Virus record (IMG/VR): IMGVR_UViG_2563366911_000003
Reading direction: 5' to 3' (one strand)
Source: a virus
Lineage: Duplodnaviria; Heunggongvirae; Uroviricota; Caudoviricetes
Length of the DNA: 40,184 nt
The notes beneath the pieces were generated by a model that had not been told where the DNA came from, made no database searches, and saw nothing but the letters and a program-made list of their open reading frames with translations. A program made the translations under genes and the position numbers. Positions 1 to 10,751 of this stretch are shown here, one piece after another. Every line of letters starts with the position of its first letter. The first letter of the stretch is position 1.

Positions 1-1236
1 CTACGATAACCGCGCATTCAACATGGCTATCTGTTCGTCGTTCATGTCATCAATCCACATACCGTAAATTTCATACACCATCTGCGCAGTTTCATGCCCC
101 ATTTGGCTGGCTATAAATGCCGGGTTCGCTCCTGCCGTCAACAGCCAGCAGGCAAAAGTATGCCGCGTATGGTACGGATTACGACGGCGAATACCAGCAC
201 GTTTTACTGCTGCATTCCACCTTGCCCCCAAACTGCTTACCGAGTAATAAGGTTTTTGTTTTCCGTTACACACCCTGGGCATGAAAACAAAATGCAGTTT
301 TTGCTTTTCGGTTCTGCCGTACTCCCGATGATAAAAGGTGATTTCGCTTTTGCGATGATGCCCGGTCAGTTTGTATTGCTCCTTCAGTGCTTCAAGAGCA
401 GGCTGCAGTAGTGTTACTGTCCGGATCCCGGCATTTGTTTTTGGGGGACCGAACATATCAAGTATCGTCAGGTTTCTTCTGACATTCACTATTCCCTTTT
501 CGAGATCCACATCCTCCCACGCCAGAGCTGCCAGTTCCCCGTGACGAAGTCCTGAGTAAACGGCAAATTTCCACAAGTTCTGGCTCTGTCCTTTTTCACT
601 TTCCATTAATGCATTGAATTCTGTTTTAGATAACGGATCAGGCTTTATTCTGTTTCGCTGTAATTTTTTTACTCCTTCAAATGGTTTGGTTGATATAAAT
701 CCCGACTGATACGCAAAACGCAACAGCGAACAGAGCAGGGCGATATAGTTATCAACTGTGCGCACGGTTCTTCCTTTTTTGTTGGATCTTGGATTATCCA
801 GGTAAAGCGTTTCTCCATGCAGCAGTTCATTCCGGTAGTTTAAGATATCGCTATAACGAATATGTGATATCGGGGTACTTTCACAAATTATTATTCTGAG
901 TGTTTTTAATTGTGATTTTGTTTTCTTCATTGTGTTTGTTGTTAACTCTGTCTCTTTAATTTTTGTCCAGATATCACAAAGCTCTCCGAACGTTTTTATG
1001 ACTCTCGTTGTCACCATTTTTGCCCCAGTGCTGGACTGGGGAAAACGTCTTAAATACTCAAATTCACCGGAGTTTATTTCATGAACTATCAGCGCTCTTA
1101 AATTTCCGGCCTTTTTAATATTACTGTTTGTAATCTCCCAGCCTTTTAATGTTTCCCGACATCGTTTTCCTCGAAACATGAACCAGATGCGAATGTATCT
1201 ACCTCTAATCTCGACACCTGTTGGTAATTTAGACAT
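1..1236 (-). CDS. intR: Prophage integrase, tyrosine recombinase (Rac IntR-like)
   Basis: 411-aa ORF at the prophage edge, followed by an excisionase-like gene; translation matches my recollection of Rac IntR. No search run. Confidence 0.85.
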   Translation of the reverse strand: MSKLPTGVEIRGRYIRIWFMFRGKRCRETLKGWEITNSNIKKAGNLRALIVHEINSGEFEYLRRFPQSSTGAKMVTTRVIKTFGELCDIWTKIKETELTTNTMKKTKSQLKTLRIIICESTPISHIRYSDILNYRNELLHGETLYLDNPRSNKKGRTVRTVDNYIALLCSLLRFAYQSGFISTKPFEGVKKLQRNRIKPDPLSKTEFNALMESEKGQSQNLWKFAVYSGLRHGELAALAWEDVDLEKGIVNVRRNLTILDMFGPPKTNAGIRTVTLLQPALEALKEQYKLTGHHRKSEITFYHREYGRTEKQKLHFVFMPRVCNGKQKPYYSVSSLGARWNAAVKRAGIRRRNPYHTRHTFACWLLTAGANPAFIASQMGHETAQMVYEIYGMWIDDMNDEQIAMLNARLS

Positions 1237-1237
1237 A

Positions 1238-1453
1238 TCATGAGTCTTTGATAAACTGATTTATCTTTGGATAGTTGTACCAGATAATCCCTCGTTTGCT
1301 GTCTGGCTTACCTAAAGGAGATACTCGTTTGAAGTGGAAGCCCTCCACCCAACAGTTCTGGCGGTATGCTTCAATTTGTCTGGCCCCCAGACCAGTGCGA
1401 AGCATCAGGCCGTATTCAACCATCCACTCTTCATTAAAGATTACTTGTGCCAT
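1238..1453 (-). CDS. ydaQ: Excisionase-like protein (YdaQ/XisR-like)
   Basis: Small ORF directly upstream of the integrase on the same strand; internal Met start ([10 protein letters not shown]...) chosen to give the ~71-aa product I recall for YdaQ. Confidence 0.7.
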   Translation of the reverse strand: MAQVIFNEEWMVEYGLMLRTGLGARQIEAYRQNCWVEGFHFKRVSPLGKPDSKRGIIWYNYPKINQFIKDS

Positions 1454-1531
1454 CGCATCACCTCTGGCAGGCGCCAATGTTAGACTGAAATTGACGCCCG
1501 ATGTTGATTATTAATAATCAGCTATGAAGTT

Positions 1532-1741
1532 TTAATTTGAATACAATGCAATTCTCGAGGACTGAAGTTTCTCGCAATTAAAATTTATCAGTTTTACTTT
1601 CTGCTCTCTGGAAACGCCTGCTTCTTTTTTACCTGAGAGCATTTTTTCGCATTCTGATTTCGTTAGTTTAGATTTTGAATATCTTGTCCAGTTAGTAGGA
1701 GTGCCACCTTCCTTTTCAATAGTGGCGGTAATTTTATACAT
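1532..1741 (-). CDS. ydaC: Rac prophage small protein YdaC-like
   Basis: Small ORF (MYKITATIEKEGG...) in the position of ydaC; start codon uncertain (1741 or 1753). Confidence 0.5.
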   Translation of the reverse strand: MYKITATIEKEGGTPTNWTRYSKSKLTKSECEKMLSGKKEAGVSREQKVKLINFNCEKLQSSRIALYSN

Positions 1742-1928
1742 GAACACCTCCATTATTATTTCCAGTGGTTCGTTTATTCCATCTTTCGAGTGCTTCTTTT
1801 TCACTTCCACCATAACCGGTTCGGGATTCGCATCCGTTACACTTCGCTCGGTAATATCCTGAAATGGCTTTCACCGTTACTGATGGACAACCACAAAATG
1901 GACATGGTTTAACATTGTCATATCTCAT
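1734..1928 (-). CDS. ralR: Restriction alleviation protein Lar/RalR-like
   Basis: 64-aa Cys-rich product (MRYDNVKPCPFCGC...CNGC) immediately upstream of recT, as in Rac. Confidence 0.6.
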   Translation of the reverse strand: MRYDNVKPCPFCGCPSVTVKAISGYYRAKCNGCESRTGYGGSEKEALERWNKRTTGNNNGGVHV

Positions 1929-1984
1929 AATTTTTCTCATAAAAAATATTTCAAGTTGGCGGTGCATTACACCGCCAGGCTCAA

Positions 1985-2794
1985 TTATTCCTCTGAATTA
2001 TCGATTACACTGTATTCCCCGGTTAATACAGAGGAATCTGCAGGATCGATTGTCAGTGGTTCCTTTTCATCCATTGATACTGCACGCTGGATCTCAATTG
2101 ATACGGGCAGATATTTGAACAGGCGACGAATAGCCGTTTTCTTTGCCATTTCTTCCCAGTGAGTTACCCACGGCCCGTTATTACCAGCTTTACTCAGGCT
2201 GCGCACCAGCTCAATCTGTTTGCGCGTCATAACTTCAAACTGAGTACCTCCGTCTTTCAGTCTTGCGACAGCATAGACGTGGGTAACCGGGGCATCTTCG
2301 TTTTCTCCCGGGCGGTGTATTAACTTTTCATCAAGGCCAAATTCGAAGCTAAACTCGTCACCTTCACGGACAACACGGGCTGACAGGCTGGCGATTTGAC
2401 CAGAACGGCGAGCCAGATCAATCATGCCGCGATAGCCAATGATTAGCTGAACGTTCTTTTTACCGCTCTTTTCGTTTTTATTACCAAAAGGCAGTAAATA
2501 TGCATGACCGAGGGCGCTACCTGGCTCAAGTCCGAGCTGTGAACACTGTACGATCGCACTGACAAAACTCATAGTGTCACAGTTTCCTAACGCCGGAACT
2601 TTACGAATTTCTGTGGTGGCGATACGGATCATACGTTCAGCCGTCATATGGCGTGGAAGAGCTGCTGCCAGTTGCTCTTTCATTGATGGCTGGTTAATAA
2701 AACTAATCACGTCGCTATTTTTAACTGCTGCTGGTGCACGGTTTCCCTGAGTTTTTTGCAGATCGGCTTTTGCGATTGGTGGTTGCTTAGTCAT
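1985..2794 (-). CDS. recT: Recombinase RecT (single-strand annealing protein)
   Basis: 269-aa product from the internal Met ([18 protein letters not shown]...), matching recalled RecT; 3' end of recE overlaps its start. Confidence 0.9.
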   Translation of the reverse strand: MTKQPPIAKADLQKTQGNRAPAAVKNSDVISFINQPSMKEQLAAALPRHMTAERMIRIATTEIRKVPALGNCDTMSFVSAIVQCSQLGLEPGSALGHAYLLPFGNKNEKSGKKNVQLIIGYRGMIDLARRSGQIASLSARVVREGDEFSFEFGLDEKLIHRPGENEDAPVTHVYAVARLKDGGTQFEVMTRKQIELVRSLSKAGNNGPWVTHWEEMAKKTAIRRLFKYLPVSIEIQRAVSMDEKEPLTIDPADSSVLTGEYSVIDNSEE

Positions 2795-5387
2795 TTGCAT
2801 ATTCCTTAGCCCAGCGGGGCAGTGATAATGTCTTAATAGCTGGCCATTCATCGGTATTCAGGCAGTCAGACAGGGTTCGCAGATTGCGGTGATATTCCTG
2901 TTGACCTGTCAGTTTTGCTTCTTCGCCCATCATGAAAATTTCAACCGGATAACGTCCGCATTCAATAGTTGTGCTGGCAACCAGAAAAACGAAAGTTGGC
3001 TGCACTCCAAACTGTGCTTCATAACCGTCACTGTAGAATGCATCCTGAACGTGATAGCGGTAGTCGTAATAAGCGGTTTTGAATCGTTGAATATCCGCCG
3101 TAGTTTTCACGTCCATGATCCAGTGAAATTCAGGGATAATTTTGTCCGGACGGCACCGACACAAAATTCCTGTTTCAGGATCTTCCCAGTAAATTGATGA
3201 TTCAGCGTGTCCGGCGCTTTCAACAAGCCATTGCCCCAGCGGCAAAGCCATAACGCTTTGATACATGAGTTCAATTTTCCGGCCTTCTTCCGCAGTGATA
3301 ACCGTTTTTCCTGTGCTTGCGCATTCCATCAGAAACGCTTTCTCTTCTTCTTTTCCGGCGTTTGTACGGCGGTTAAATTCAGGTGCTACGATAAAGCGGT
3401 TACTGAATTCCTCCGGTTCAAGTACCCGGCAGTGGAAAGCGGTTCCTAAATCGAGCGTTTTTGTCTTTGTGGTGTCCACGGGGGCATTTTTACGCCACAA
3501 ATATAGTGCCGGAGTATCAGCAATGTCATCGAGCTGAGACTTACTGACACCGGGACCCGCGTGGTAATTCTCATTCGAAATTCCGTAATAAATACCTGGC
3601 TCTATGTCTTCTACGATTACGGGATCTGCGACTTCGCCAGTTTCATCACTGCAATCGCGATGCGGATCGCTGCCAGCATTCTCATTGTGCGGATGTTCAG
3701 CGCCTTCCATTTCCTCCGGATCATTTTCCTTAGCTTCAACCTGACTCTCTTCATCGAATGTTTCCTGGTATGTTGCGTCGCCCATCACCGCACCACAGTC
3801 AGGGCAGTTATCCCCGCCAGTCTGGCCGCAGGCATTGCAGGCTATTTCCGGTTCCTGTTGCACTACTGGCTCAGGTTGATTCATATCCGGGCTGGTTTTT
3901 TCCGTTTCTGGCTGGTTCTGGTACACACAATCGCGAGTCTGGATCCCATTTACCCATTTCGGATCGTTCGGGTCGCTAATTCCGTCAACAAATTCACCAC
4001 GTGATGCAGCAAGCAATTTATCGGCATCGACAGGATTTTTTGATGGAATGTTTTTCCGGGCTTCATGGAGTTCTGCCCGCAGTTCCTGATATTTCGCATC
4101 AACAGAATTTACCTGTGACTGAGCATCCAGCGGCTGCGTGTCCTGATGATGTTCAGTTGCGTCCGGTTCCATTGTTTCAGCCTCTCCCTGTTCAACTGCC
4201 GTTGTTCCAGATGGTTGCGGTTTTTCTTCATCATCCTGTTTTCCTTCTTCTGTTACTCGCTGCGGCATCGGGGCAGAGGAGCGACCGCAGGCAATATCCA
4301 CGATTTCCGGATCAGGGTTGGCATGATCGGTTTCAGTCAGTACTTTGTTCAGATATTCAGTGACGTGCGCGGGGATGACCTCGATCCCAATTGGTGCTTC
4401 TTTTACGGACGCAACCACGATGGCGCGGGAATAATCCAGCCCGCCAGGCATGGTGATGAATTTGTCGCGGAAAACAGAAAAGGGCGGTTTATTTTCAGCG
4501 ATAATTTCCTCAATGCGTTTAGCGTGTGCCGGATGAAGGTTATAGATGTCCAGATCCATTGAACGGGCCAGTACGCCAGTGGCTACGTCGCGCGCCAGTG
4601 ACGTCAGATCGTGTACGAAACCTTCGCCGCGATCGGTGAGGTTTCCGCCGCCAGCATTAGCACCGGAAGCCGTGCGAGTGATGTGTGAAACACGATTACC
4701 CTTCATCCACTCTTTTGTCAGCAGTCCTCGATCGGTGTAGTCAGCGTTCAGGTATGCTTCGAAAAAAGCAGTTATCAGTCCCAGGTTTGAATTACCAGGA
4801 TTAGGGAAAACTTTGTCAGTGTCACGAACCAGTTTGTGGAGTTCGCGAATTTCCAGCGGGTCGAGCAGGCTGGTTTTGTGGGAAACAGCCAGGGCAGTAA
4901 CAGCCGGTAGTTCTTCAGCCCGAGCAATGTGTAATGCCTGGAGTCCGTCGCGTGAAACGTGCGTTACCGGTTTTTCGCTGCCGTGTTGAGCAAGCCAACG
5001 AATGGGCAGTTCCTGGCCAGAAATTGGGAGTAGCATATTCTCCTCAATCTCAGTCATGTCTTCGCCGTTGACGTTGGTATTGCCTTGATAGTGAGCGTTG
5101 TCTGGTGCTGCTCCCGGTTTTAGTTCCCATGTCATGGAGTCTTTGCTGAGTTGATAGCGTTCACTCCAGGTAAAATCGATCTCACCTTCAGCGGGCAGGT
5201 CATTAACGACAGGAAAATTCGTGGCAACAGCTTTAAAATAGCTGCTCAGTTTTTTACCTGACTTAACGATCAGGTAGTCCAGAGTGGCACAGGTCGATTC
5301 AAAATCGTTGCTTGCCCACAGGACGACGTCAGGTTCACCGGATGATTTTTTCGCTTTCCGTAACAGGAAGAGTGGTTTTGTGCTCAT
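2787..5387 (-). CDS. recE: Exodeoxyribonuclease VIII (RecE)
   Basis: 866-aa ORF immediately upstream of and overlapping recT; size and position match Rac RecE. Confidence 0.9.
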   Translation of the reverse strand: MSTKPLFLLRKAKKSSGEPDVVLWASNDFESTCATLDYLIVKSGKKLSSYFKAVATNFPVVNDLPAEGEIDFTWSERYQLSKDSMTWELKPGAAPDNAHYQGNTNVNGEDMTEIEENMLLPISGQELPIRWLAQHGSEKPVTHVSRDGLQALHIARAEELPAVTALAVSHKTSLLDPLEIRELHKLVRDTDKVFPNPGNSNLGLITAFFEAYLNADYTDRGLLTKEWMKGNRVSHITRTASGANAGGGNLTDRGEGFVHDLTSLARDVATGVLARSMDLDIYNLHPAHAKRIEEIIAENKPPFSVFRDKFITMPGGLDYSRAIVVASVKEAPIGIEVIPAHVTEYLNKVLTETDHANPDPEIVDIACGRSSAPMPQRVTEEGKQDDEEKPQPSGTTAVEQGEAETMEPDATEHHQDTQPLDAQSQVNSVDAKYQELRAELHEARKNIPSKNPVDADKLLAASRGEFVDGISDPNDPKWVNGIQTRDCVYQNQPETEKTSPDMNQPEPVVQQEPEIACNACGQTGGDNCPDCGAVMGDATYQETFDEESQVEAKENDPEEMEGAEHPHNENAGSDPHRDCSDETGEVADPVIVEDIEPGIYYGISNENYHAGPGVSKSQLDDIADTPALYLWRKNAPVDTTKTKTLDLGTAFHCRVLEPEEFSNRFIVAPEFNRRTNAGKEEEKAFLMECASTGKTVITAEEGRKIELMYQSVMALPLGQWLVESAGHAESSIYWEDPETGILCRCRPDKIIPEFHWIMDVKTTADIQRFKTAYYDYRYHVQDAFYSDGYEAQFGVQPTFVFLVASTTIECGRYPVEIFMMGEEAKLTGQQEYHRNLRTLSDCLNTDEWPAIKTLSLPRWAKEYAND

Positions 5388-5488
5388 TGTTTTTTAACCT
5401 CAACTCAGATTAAAATTCGTTTTGTTCAGTGAATGATCTTGCCGGATACACACTGTTCATAGCCTGCGCCATACGCAGGCTATTTCTT

Positions 5489-5764
5489 TCAGATTTCACC
5501 TTTTAATTTCATTGCAATTAGAGTTGCCAGAAATTCGGCTTTATTTTCTGCGGGCAGATTCTTTCCGATATGCACCAGGCACATTTTTTTGACACCTTCA
5601 TCAAGTGTTTTTACGTTGCCTGATGGACCATCGATATCAACCACAGTGAATGGGGTTTCTTTATTTTCTGTTTTAATTACGTAGCCAATGCGCTTTCCTT
5701 CCAGATTCACCTCGTGAACAATGTCATCGGTAGTTACAACAGTGGCTTCATAATTGGTAATCAT
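5489..5764 (-). CDS. racC: Rac prophage protein RacC-like
   Basis: ~91-aa product from the internal Met (MITNYEATVV...), located upstream of recE as in Rac. Confidence 0.65.
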   Translation of the reverse strand: MITNYEATVVTTDDIVHEVNLEGKRIGYVIKTENKETPFTVVDIDGPSGNVKTLDEGVKKMCLVHIGKNLPAENKAEFLATLIAMKLKGEI

Positions 5765-5838
5765 GTTTTTCTCCTTAATTAAGGTTGAGCGAATACCTGC
5801 CATTTCTGGCATAAATTCAGTTTCGAATAGTCAATTAA

Positions 5839-6009
5839 TTAAAGTTCATGTGCCATCTGGTCTTTTTCGGCACAAGCTTCACTGCAATATTTTCTCGGTT
5901 CGTCTTTTGATAAAATCCCGTGCATAAAGTGAAGCATTCTTTCAATAGCTTTGCTTTCTTCAACGTCTTTTTTACAAAGGTGGTAAGCACATTTTATTTT
6001 CTTAGTCAT
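5839..6009 (-). CDS. ydaE: Small Cys-rich protein YdaE-like
   Basis: Hand-translated 56-aa minus-strand ORF ([20 protein letters not shown]...CSEACAEKDQMAHEL), not in the supplied ORF track (<60 aa). Confidence 0.7.
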   Translation of the reverse strand: MTKKIKCAYHLCKKDVEESKAIERMLHFMHGILSKDEPRKYCSEACAEKDQMAHEL

Positions 6010-6230
6010 CACCATGACTCCGCCTTTACAGGTAAACCATCACGACCGAGGAAGACTTTAATCATGCGGTCAGTAATGCATGTTTTTGTGGTCAGGTTAC
6101 GAATATATAGTTTTCGCTTTTTAATATTGTTTGCCGAGGCAATATATGTCCGGCCTTCATGAAGAACATAATCGCCAGGAGTCACACACTGACGTGGTAT
6201 TTCATCAGTTCCGAAGTGATGTGCAATCAT
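6009..6230 (-). CDS. kilR: Cell-division inhibitor KilR-like
   Basis: 73-aa product from the internal Met ([15 protein letters not shown]...), matching recalled KilR; its stop overlaps the ydaE start. Confidence 0.8.
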   Translation of the reverse strand: MIAHHFGTDEIPRQCVTPGDYVLHEGRTYIASANNIKKRKLYIRNLTTKTCITDRMIKVFLGRDGLPVKAESW

Positions 6231-6671
6231 AATTATCTCCATTTTTACAAATGAACTTTGTTGATGCGGTGCCTGGTGCCTCCAGGTGACTGCAACCAGT
6301 TAACAATTACAGTCGGCTTTCCCACCCAAACCAATAAGGACTAACATGACTTTTAACTGTGCCACGTGCGCTTAGCCGCATTCACCGCATCACAAAATTC
6401 ACTTTAAAAAGGGCGGACATCAGCCGAACTTCAAGAAAAAAACTGATGCCGCCAGGACTACACACAGCAATGTCGTTATTTACAACCGGAGGCGCACTCC
6501 CACCATTTAAATTTAACAGACAAGACCGACTCTTTATGGATATCGGAAATGCGCCTTCGTGTTGTGCCCGGTTTTATTTCACCACCTCCGGGCTTCGGTG
6601 GTCTCGGCTATACCCCTACAGCGAGAGCTTGTGTTAACATTTCAATACCCTTACAGTTGAGAGTTATTGAT

Positions 6672-7160
6672 ATGTTGGATGTATTTACTCCATTGTTGAA
6701 ACTTTTTGCTAACGAGCCACTCGAAAGACTTATGTATACGATTATCATTTTTGGTCTCACTCTCTGGCTGATACCGAAAGAGTTTACTGTCGCATTCAAT
6801 GCTTATACTGAAATACCTTGGCTCTTTCAGATTATCGTTTTTGCCTTTTCTTTCGTGGTCGCCATTTCCTTCTCAAGATTGCGAGCACATATTCAAAAGC
6901 ATTATTCATTACTACCAGAGCAACGAGTATTGCTTCGTTTATCTGAGAAAGAAATCGCTGTATTTAAAGATTTCCTTAAAACAGGAAATCTTATTATCAC
7001 TTCTCCTTGCCGTAACCCGGTTATGAAAAAATTAGAACGGAAGGGCATCATTCAACATCAGAGTGATAGCGCAAACTGTTCTTATTATCTCGTCACCGAA
7101 AAATACTCCCATTTTATGAAGTTATTCTGGAACAGCAGGAGTAGACGTTTTAATCGTTAG
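6672..7160 (+). CDS. sieB: Superinfection exclusion protein SieB-like (membrane protein)
   Basis: 162-aa hydrophobic product from the ATG at 6672 (MLDVFTPLLKLF...); the longer 6549 start in the ORF track looks like an upstream extension. Confidence 0.7.
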   Translation: MLDVFTPLLKLFANEPLERLMYTIIIFGLTLWLIPKEFTVAFNAYTEIPWLFQIIVFAFSFVVAISFSRLRAHIQKHYSLLPEQRVLLRLSEKEIAVFKDFLKTGNLIITSPCRNPVMKKLERKGIIQHQSDSANCSYYLVTEKYSHFMKLFWNSRSRRFNR

Positions 7161-7312
7161 CTTACTGTGTGCTTCTCCAACCATCGGCGCGCACCAGTTT
7201 CGGTTTTAAATGTTTTGCTTTTGGTATACGTCATGGCAGTGAACGTTCCATCCTGGTTGGGGAACACGCCGCACACCAGGGATTCGTTGTTGCCGAGGTC
7301 GATTTTTTGCAT
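7157..7312 (-). CDS. ydaF: Small protein YdaF-like
   Basis: Hand-translated 51-aa minus-strand ORF (MQKIDLGNNESLVCGVF...); not in the ORF track. Confidence 0.5.
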   Translation of the reverse strand: MQKIDLGNNESLVCGVFPNQDGTFTAMTYTKSKTFKTETGARRWLEKHTVS

Positions 7313-7322
7313 TTTGCGAATC

Positions 7323-7457
7323 TCACATCTTGTTGCTACGTATAGCGACTTCTGCCTGCCAGAGATCCCAGTCGTTGCTGCGTAAAGCCTGCACAGCCTG
7401 GTTGTAAGTGATACCGCAACAATCCATCAAATACTGAACTACTTCGTAATGCACCAT
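7323..7457 (-). CDS. ydaG: Small protein YdaG-like
   Basis: Hand-translated 44-aa minus-strand ORF (MVHYEVVQYLMDCCGITYNQ...); not in the ORF track. Confidence 0.5.
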   Translation of the reverse strand: MVHYEVVQYLMDCCGITYNQAVQALRSNDWDLWQAEVAIRSNKM

Positions 7458-7764
7458 CTTATCTCTCCCCTTAACGCCGGGTGGCGGAACTAACTGCTGC
7501 ACTGCAAAATTTGAATCCCGCCGTCATGTTCATACGCCTCGGGCTGGCTACTTAACCCCTTACCACTGCCTGGTAACTCGAAGTATTGCCCGGCGTTCTG
7601 TGGGGCGGGGTGGGTGGTATGCTGGAACTATAGGTAATGCCTAATTGATTGTCAATAGGCTATGCCTAATGTTTTGAGCGTAACCTAATAGGTGATGGCA
7701 ACAGGAGAAAGTGATGGGGGGTTAAATAACGGAATCCAGGAGTTTTCCGTCAGACCATATAAGT

Positions 7765-8241
7765 TTAAGTTCCAGTTTTTGTGATGTTCTGGCTTTTCCG
7801 TTCAGATTCTAGAGCTTTCAGATACTTACCCACTTTCATTTCCATCGCTGCTATGTAGGCGCGAACATCGTGGTCAACCCAATCTGGTTCTGTAGCATTT
7901 CCAGATAACAGGAAAGCTACAATCGCTCTTATTTCATCAGAGGCTGCTTGATAAAGGTTGTTTATATCTAAAAGTTCACTTTTTGTATCTGAATTGGTGG
8001 CGGTTGGTATGGGGTATTCGTTAAGCCCCCAATGCTCTGGACCAACAACATCAGAAAAGAAACGCCATAATTCTGGAAGTTTATCTTTACTTATGGAGCC
8101 TTTCTTAATCCAGTCATAAATTGATGGTGGTTGGACTTTGAAGTGGCGTGCGACCTCCGCCTTTGATTTGACGGATCCCGATGCGATTTTTTTGTTAATG
8201 GCCTGCTCTATCGCTCGGCCTAAGTCTTTACCACTAAGCAT
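7765..8241 (-). CDS. racR: Prophage repressor RacR-like (HTH)
   Basis: 158-aa ORF divergent from ydaS across an intergenic region full of inverted repeats; translation matches recalled RacR. Confidence 0.85.
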   Translation of the reverse strand: MLSGKDLGRAIEQAINKKIASGSVKSKAEVARHFKVQPPSIYDWIKKGSISKDKLPELWRFFSDVVGPEHWGLNEYPIPTATNSDTKSELLDINNLYQAASDEIRAIVAFLLSGNATEPDWVDHDVRAYIAAMEMKVGKYLKALESERKSQNITKTGT

Positions 8242-8364
8242 TGCTTAATATTCTCCTATGCTCATTGCATTAGGCAATCCCTACCCTTATTGCATTAGGC
8301 ATAGCCTATTGACATTTGCGTTAGGCGTCGCCTAATATTTCTGTGTGTTTTTGGAGTTCATTCG
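8242..8364. promoter_or_regulatory. Divergent racR/ydaS control region with repeated operator-like half-sites
   Basis: Three copies of a tgcattaggc/gcctaat-type motif (ttgcattaggcaatcc; ttgcattaggcatagcctattgaca; gcgttaggcgtcgcctaat) between the divergent starts. Confidence 0.5.
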
Positions 8365-8622
8365 ATGAAAAAAGAGAACTATTCATTCAAGCAAGCTTGT
8401 GCTGTTGTCGGTGGGCAATCAGCAATGGCTAGGCTTTTAGGTGTATCACCTCCAAGCGTAAATCAATGGATCAAAGGGGTACGTCAATTGCCTGCCGAGA
8501 GATGTCCAGCAATTGAACGTGCAACAAGAGGTGAGGTTCTGTGCGAAGAACTTCGTCCTGATATTGACTGGTCATATTTACGACGTTCGGCATGTTGTTC
8601 GCAGAATATGTCAGTGAAGTAA
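8365..8622 (+). CDS. ydaS: Cro-like HTH protein YdaS
   Basis: Small HTH-type ORF divergent from the repressor gene; translation matches recalled YdaS. Confidence 0.75.
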   Translation: MKKENYSFKQACAVVGGQSAMARLLGVSPPSVNQWIKGVRQLPAERCPAIERATRGEVLCEELRPDIDWSYLRRSACCSQNMSVK

Positions 8623-8683
8623 CTAAATGACAGTAACAAATCCTCATTTGATCATACCTGAAACATCAAGAGGCAAATGATTC

Positions 8684-9106
8684 ATGAAAATCAAGCATGA
8701 GCACATCGAATCAGTGTTGTTTGCCCTGGCAGCCGAAAAAGGGCAGGCATGGGTAGCCAATGCAATTACTGAAGAATATCTGCGCCAGGGGGGCGGCGAA
8801 TTGCCCCTGGTTCCAGGCAAGGACTGGAACAATCAGCAGAATATCTATCACCGTTGGTTGAAAGGTGAAACGAAAACGCAAAGAGAAAAAATTCAGAAGC
8901 TGATCCCAGCAATTCTGGCAATCCTTCCGCGCGAGCTGCGTCACCGACTCTGCATCTTCGATACCCTGGAACGCCGTGCATTACTGGCGGCGCAGGAAGC
9001 GTTAAGTACGGCAATTGATGCGCATGATGATGCAGTCCAAGCCGTTTACCGGAAAGCGCATTTCAGCGGCGGCGGGTCTTCCGACGATTCTGTCATTGTT
9101 CATTAA
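8684..9106 (+). CDS. ydaT: YdaT-like protein (cII-position regulator/toxin-like)
   Basis: 140-aa ORF directly downstream of ydaS, as in Rac. Confidence 0.7.
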   Translation: MKIKHEHIESVLFALAAEKGQAWVANAITEEYLRQGGGELPLVPGKDWNNQQNIYHRWLKGETKTQREKIQKLIPAILAILPRELRHRLCIFDTLERRALLAAQEALSTAIDAHDDAVQAVYRKAHFSGGGSSDDSVIVH

Positions 9107-9118
9107 GCAAAAGTTTCC

Positions 9119-9976
9119 ATGCTGTTTGTGCTTATTCTAAGCCACCGGACAGCATCATACGGGGCAATTATGGCCGCATTACCATACATGCAACTGTACA
9201 TAGCTGATTACCTGGCTGACACCATGCATTTGTCAGCAGAGGAGCATGGTGCGTATTTGTTGCTGATGTTCAATTACTGGCAAACAGGAAAGCCAATACC
9301 TAAAAACAGGCTGGCAAAAATTGCCCGCCTGACTAACGAGCGATGGGCTGATGTTGAACCATCCTTGCGGGAGTTTTTTTGCGATAACGGCGAGGAATGG
9401 GTGCATCTTCGGATTGAGGAAGATCTGGCATCAGTCAGGGAAAAATTAACCAAAAAATCAGCCGCAGGAAAAGCATCGGTTCAGGCCAGAAGAAGCAGAA
9501 AGGAAGCAGATGTTCAAACAAAACAAGAGAGAAATTTAACAGGTGTTCAAACAGATGTTGAAGTGGTGTTTGAACATGATGTCAACACAAAGGCAACTAA
9601 TAAAGATACAGATAAAGATCTAAAAACAGATCCCCCCCTAAATCCCCCCCGGGGGAATCGAGGTGTCAAAAAGTTTGACCCTCTGGATATTGCTTTGCCG
9701 AACTGGATTTCTGTCTCGCTTTGGCGTGAGTGGGTTGAATTTCGTCAGGCATTGCGTAAACCGATTCGAACGGAGCAGGGCGCTAACGGGGCGATACGGG
9801 AGCTGGAAAAATTCCGCCAGCAGGGTTTTTCACCTGAGCAGGTGATTCGACACAGCATCGCCAATGAATACCAGGGCTTGTTCGCGCCAAAAGGTGTTCG
9901 ACCTGAGACGTTACTCCGACAGGTTAACACCGTCTCGTTACCGGATAGTGCGATCCCGCCAGGCTTCAGGGGGTAA
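9119..9976 (+). CDS. ydaU: Phage replication protein YdaU-like
   Basis: 285-aa ORF directly upstream of the DnaC-like gene; contains C7/C7/G5 homopolymer tracts in its coding sequence. Confidence 0.65.
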   Translation: MLFVLILSHRTASYGAIMAALPYMQLYIADYLADTMHLSAEEHGAYLLLMFNYWQTGKPIPKNRLAKIARLTNERWADVEPSLREFFCDNGEEWVHLRIEEDLASVREKLTKKSAAGKASVQARRSRKEADVQTKQERNLTGVQTDVEVVFEHDVNTKATNKDTDKDLKTDPPLNPPRGNRGVKKFDPLDIALPNWISVSLWREWVEFRQALRKPIRTEQGANGAIRELEKFRQQGFSPEQVIRHSIANEYQGLFAPKGVRPETLLRQVNTVSLPDSAIPPGFRG

Positions 9977-9982
9977 CTGACC

Positions 9983-10729
9983 ATGAAAAATATTGCGGCA
10001 GGCGGCATTCTTGAACGTATCCGCAGACTGGCCCCGCCACATGTAACCGCCCCATTCAAAACGGTAGCGGAGTGGCGCGAGTGGCAACTTTCCGAAGGCC
10101 AGAAACGTTGTGAGGAGATCAACCGTCAGAATCGTCAGTTGCGGGTGGAAAAAATTCTGAATCGCTCTGGCATCCAGCCATTGCACCGCAAATGCTCGTT
10201 TGCGAATTACCAGGTGCAGAACGACGGTCAGCGATACGCGTTGAACCAGGCGAAATCTATCGCTGATGAACTGATGACCGGGTGTACAAATTTTGCGTTC
10301 AGCGGAAAACCTGGTACCGGAAAAAACCATCTGGCGGCGGCTATCGGGAATCGCCTGCTGAAAGATGGCCAGACAGTGATTGTGGTTACCGTGGCTGATG
10401 TCATGAGTGCTCTACACGCCAGCTATGACGACGGGCAATCAGGCGAAAAATTTTTGCGGGAACTGTGCCAAGTGGATCTGCTGGTTCTTGATGAAATTGG
10501 CATTCAGCGCGAGACAAAAAACGAGCAGGTGGTGCTGCACCAGATTGTTGATCGCCGGACAGCGTCGATGCGCAGCGTGGGGATGCTGACAAACCTGAAC
10601 TATGAGGCGATGAAAACATTGCTCGGCGAGCGGATTATGGATCGCATGACCATGAACGGCGGACGCTGGGTGAATTTTAACTGGGAGAGCTGGCGTCCGA
10701 ATGTCGTCCTGCCAGGAATTGCGAAGTGA
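9983..10729 (+). CDS. ydaV: DnaC-like replicative helicase loader (YdaV)
   Basis: 248-aa ORF with Walker A ([15 protein letters not shown]) and Walker B-like LLVLDEIG motifs, typical of DnaC/IstB-type AAA+ loaders. Confidence 0.85.
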   Translation: MKNIAAGGILERIRRLAPPHVTAPFKTVAEWREWQLSEGQKRCEEINRQNRQLRVEKILNRSGIQPLHRKCSFANYQVQNDGQRYALNQAKSIADELMTGCTNFAFSGKPGTGKNHLAAAIGNRLLKDGQTVIVVTVADVMSALHASYDDGQSGEKFLRELCQVDLLVLDEIGIQRETKNEQVVLHQIVDRRTASMRSVGMLTNLNYEAMKTLLGERIMDRMTMNGGRWVNFNWESWRPNVVLPGIAK

Positions 10730-10751
10730 TTTTTACCGGGAGGAAATTTTA

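Noticed and set aside
94-411. 105-aa plus-strand ORF
   Set aside because: Lies entirely antisense within the integrase gene, with no RBS.
2889-4740. Multiple plus-strand ORFs (64-147 aa)
   Set aside because: All lie antisense inside recE; no independent support.
6549-6671. Upstream extension of sieB from the 6549 start
   Set aside because: The extension has no membrane-protein character; the ATG at 6672 gives the expected ~162-aa SieB.
6243-6671. Possible N-like antiterminator gene or nut site between kilR and sieB
   Set aside because: No convincing ORF with an RBS and no recognisable boxA/boxB hairpin found by eye.
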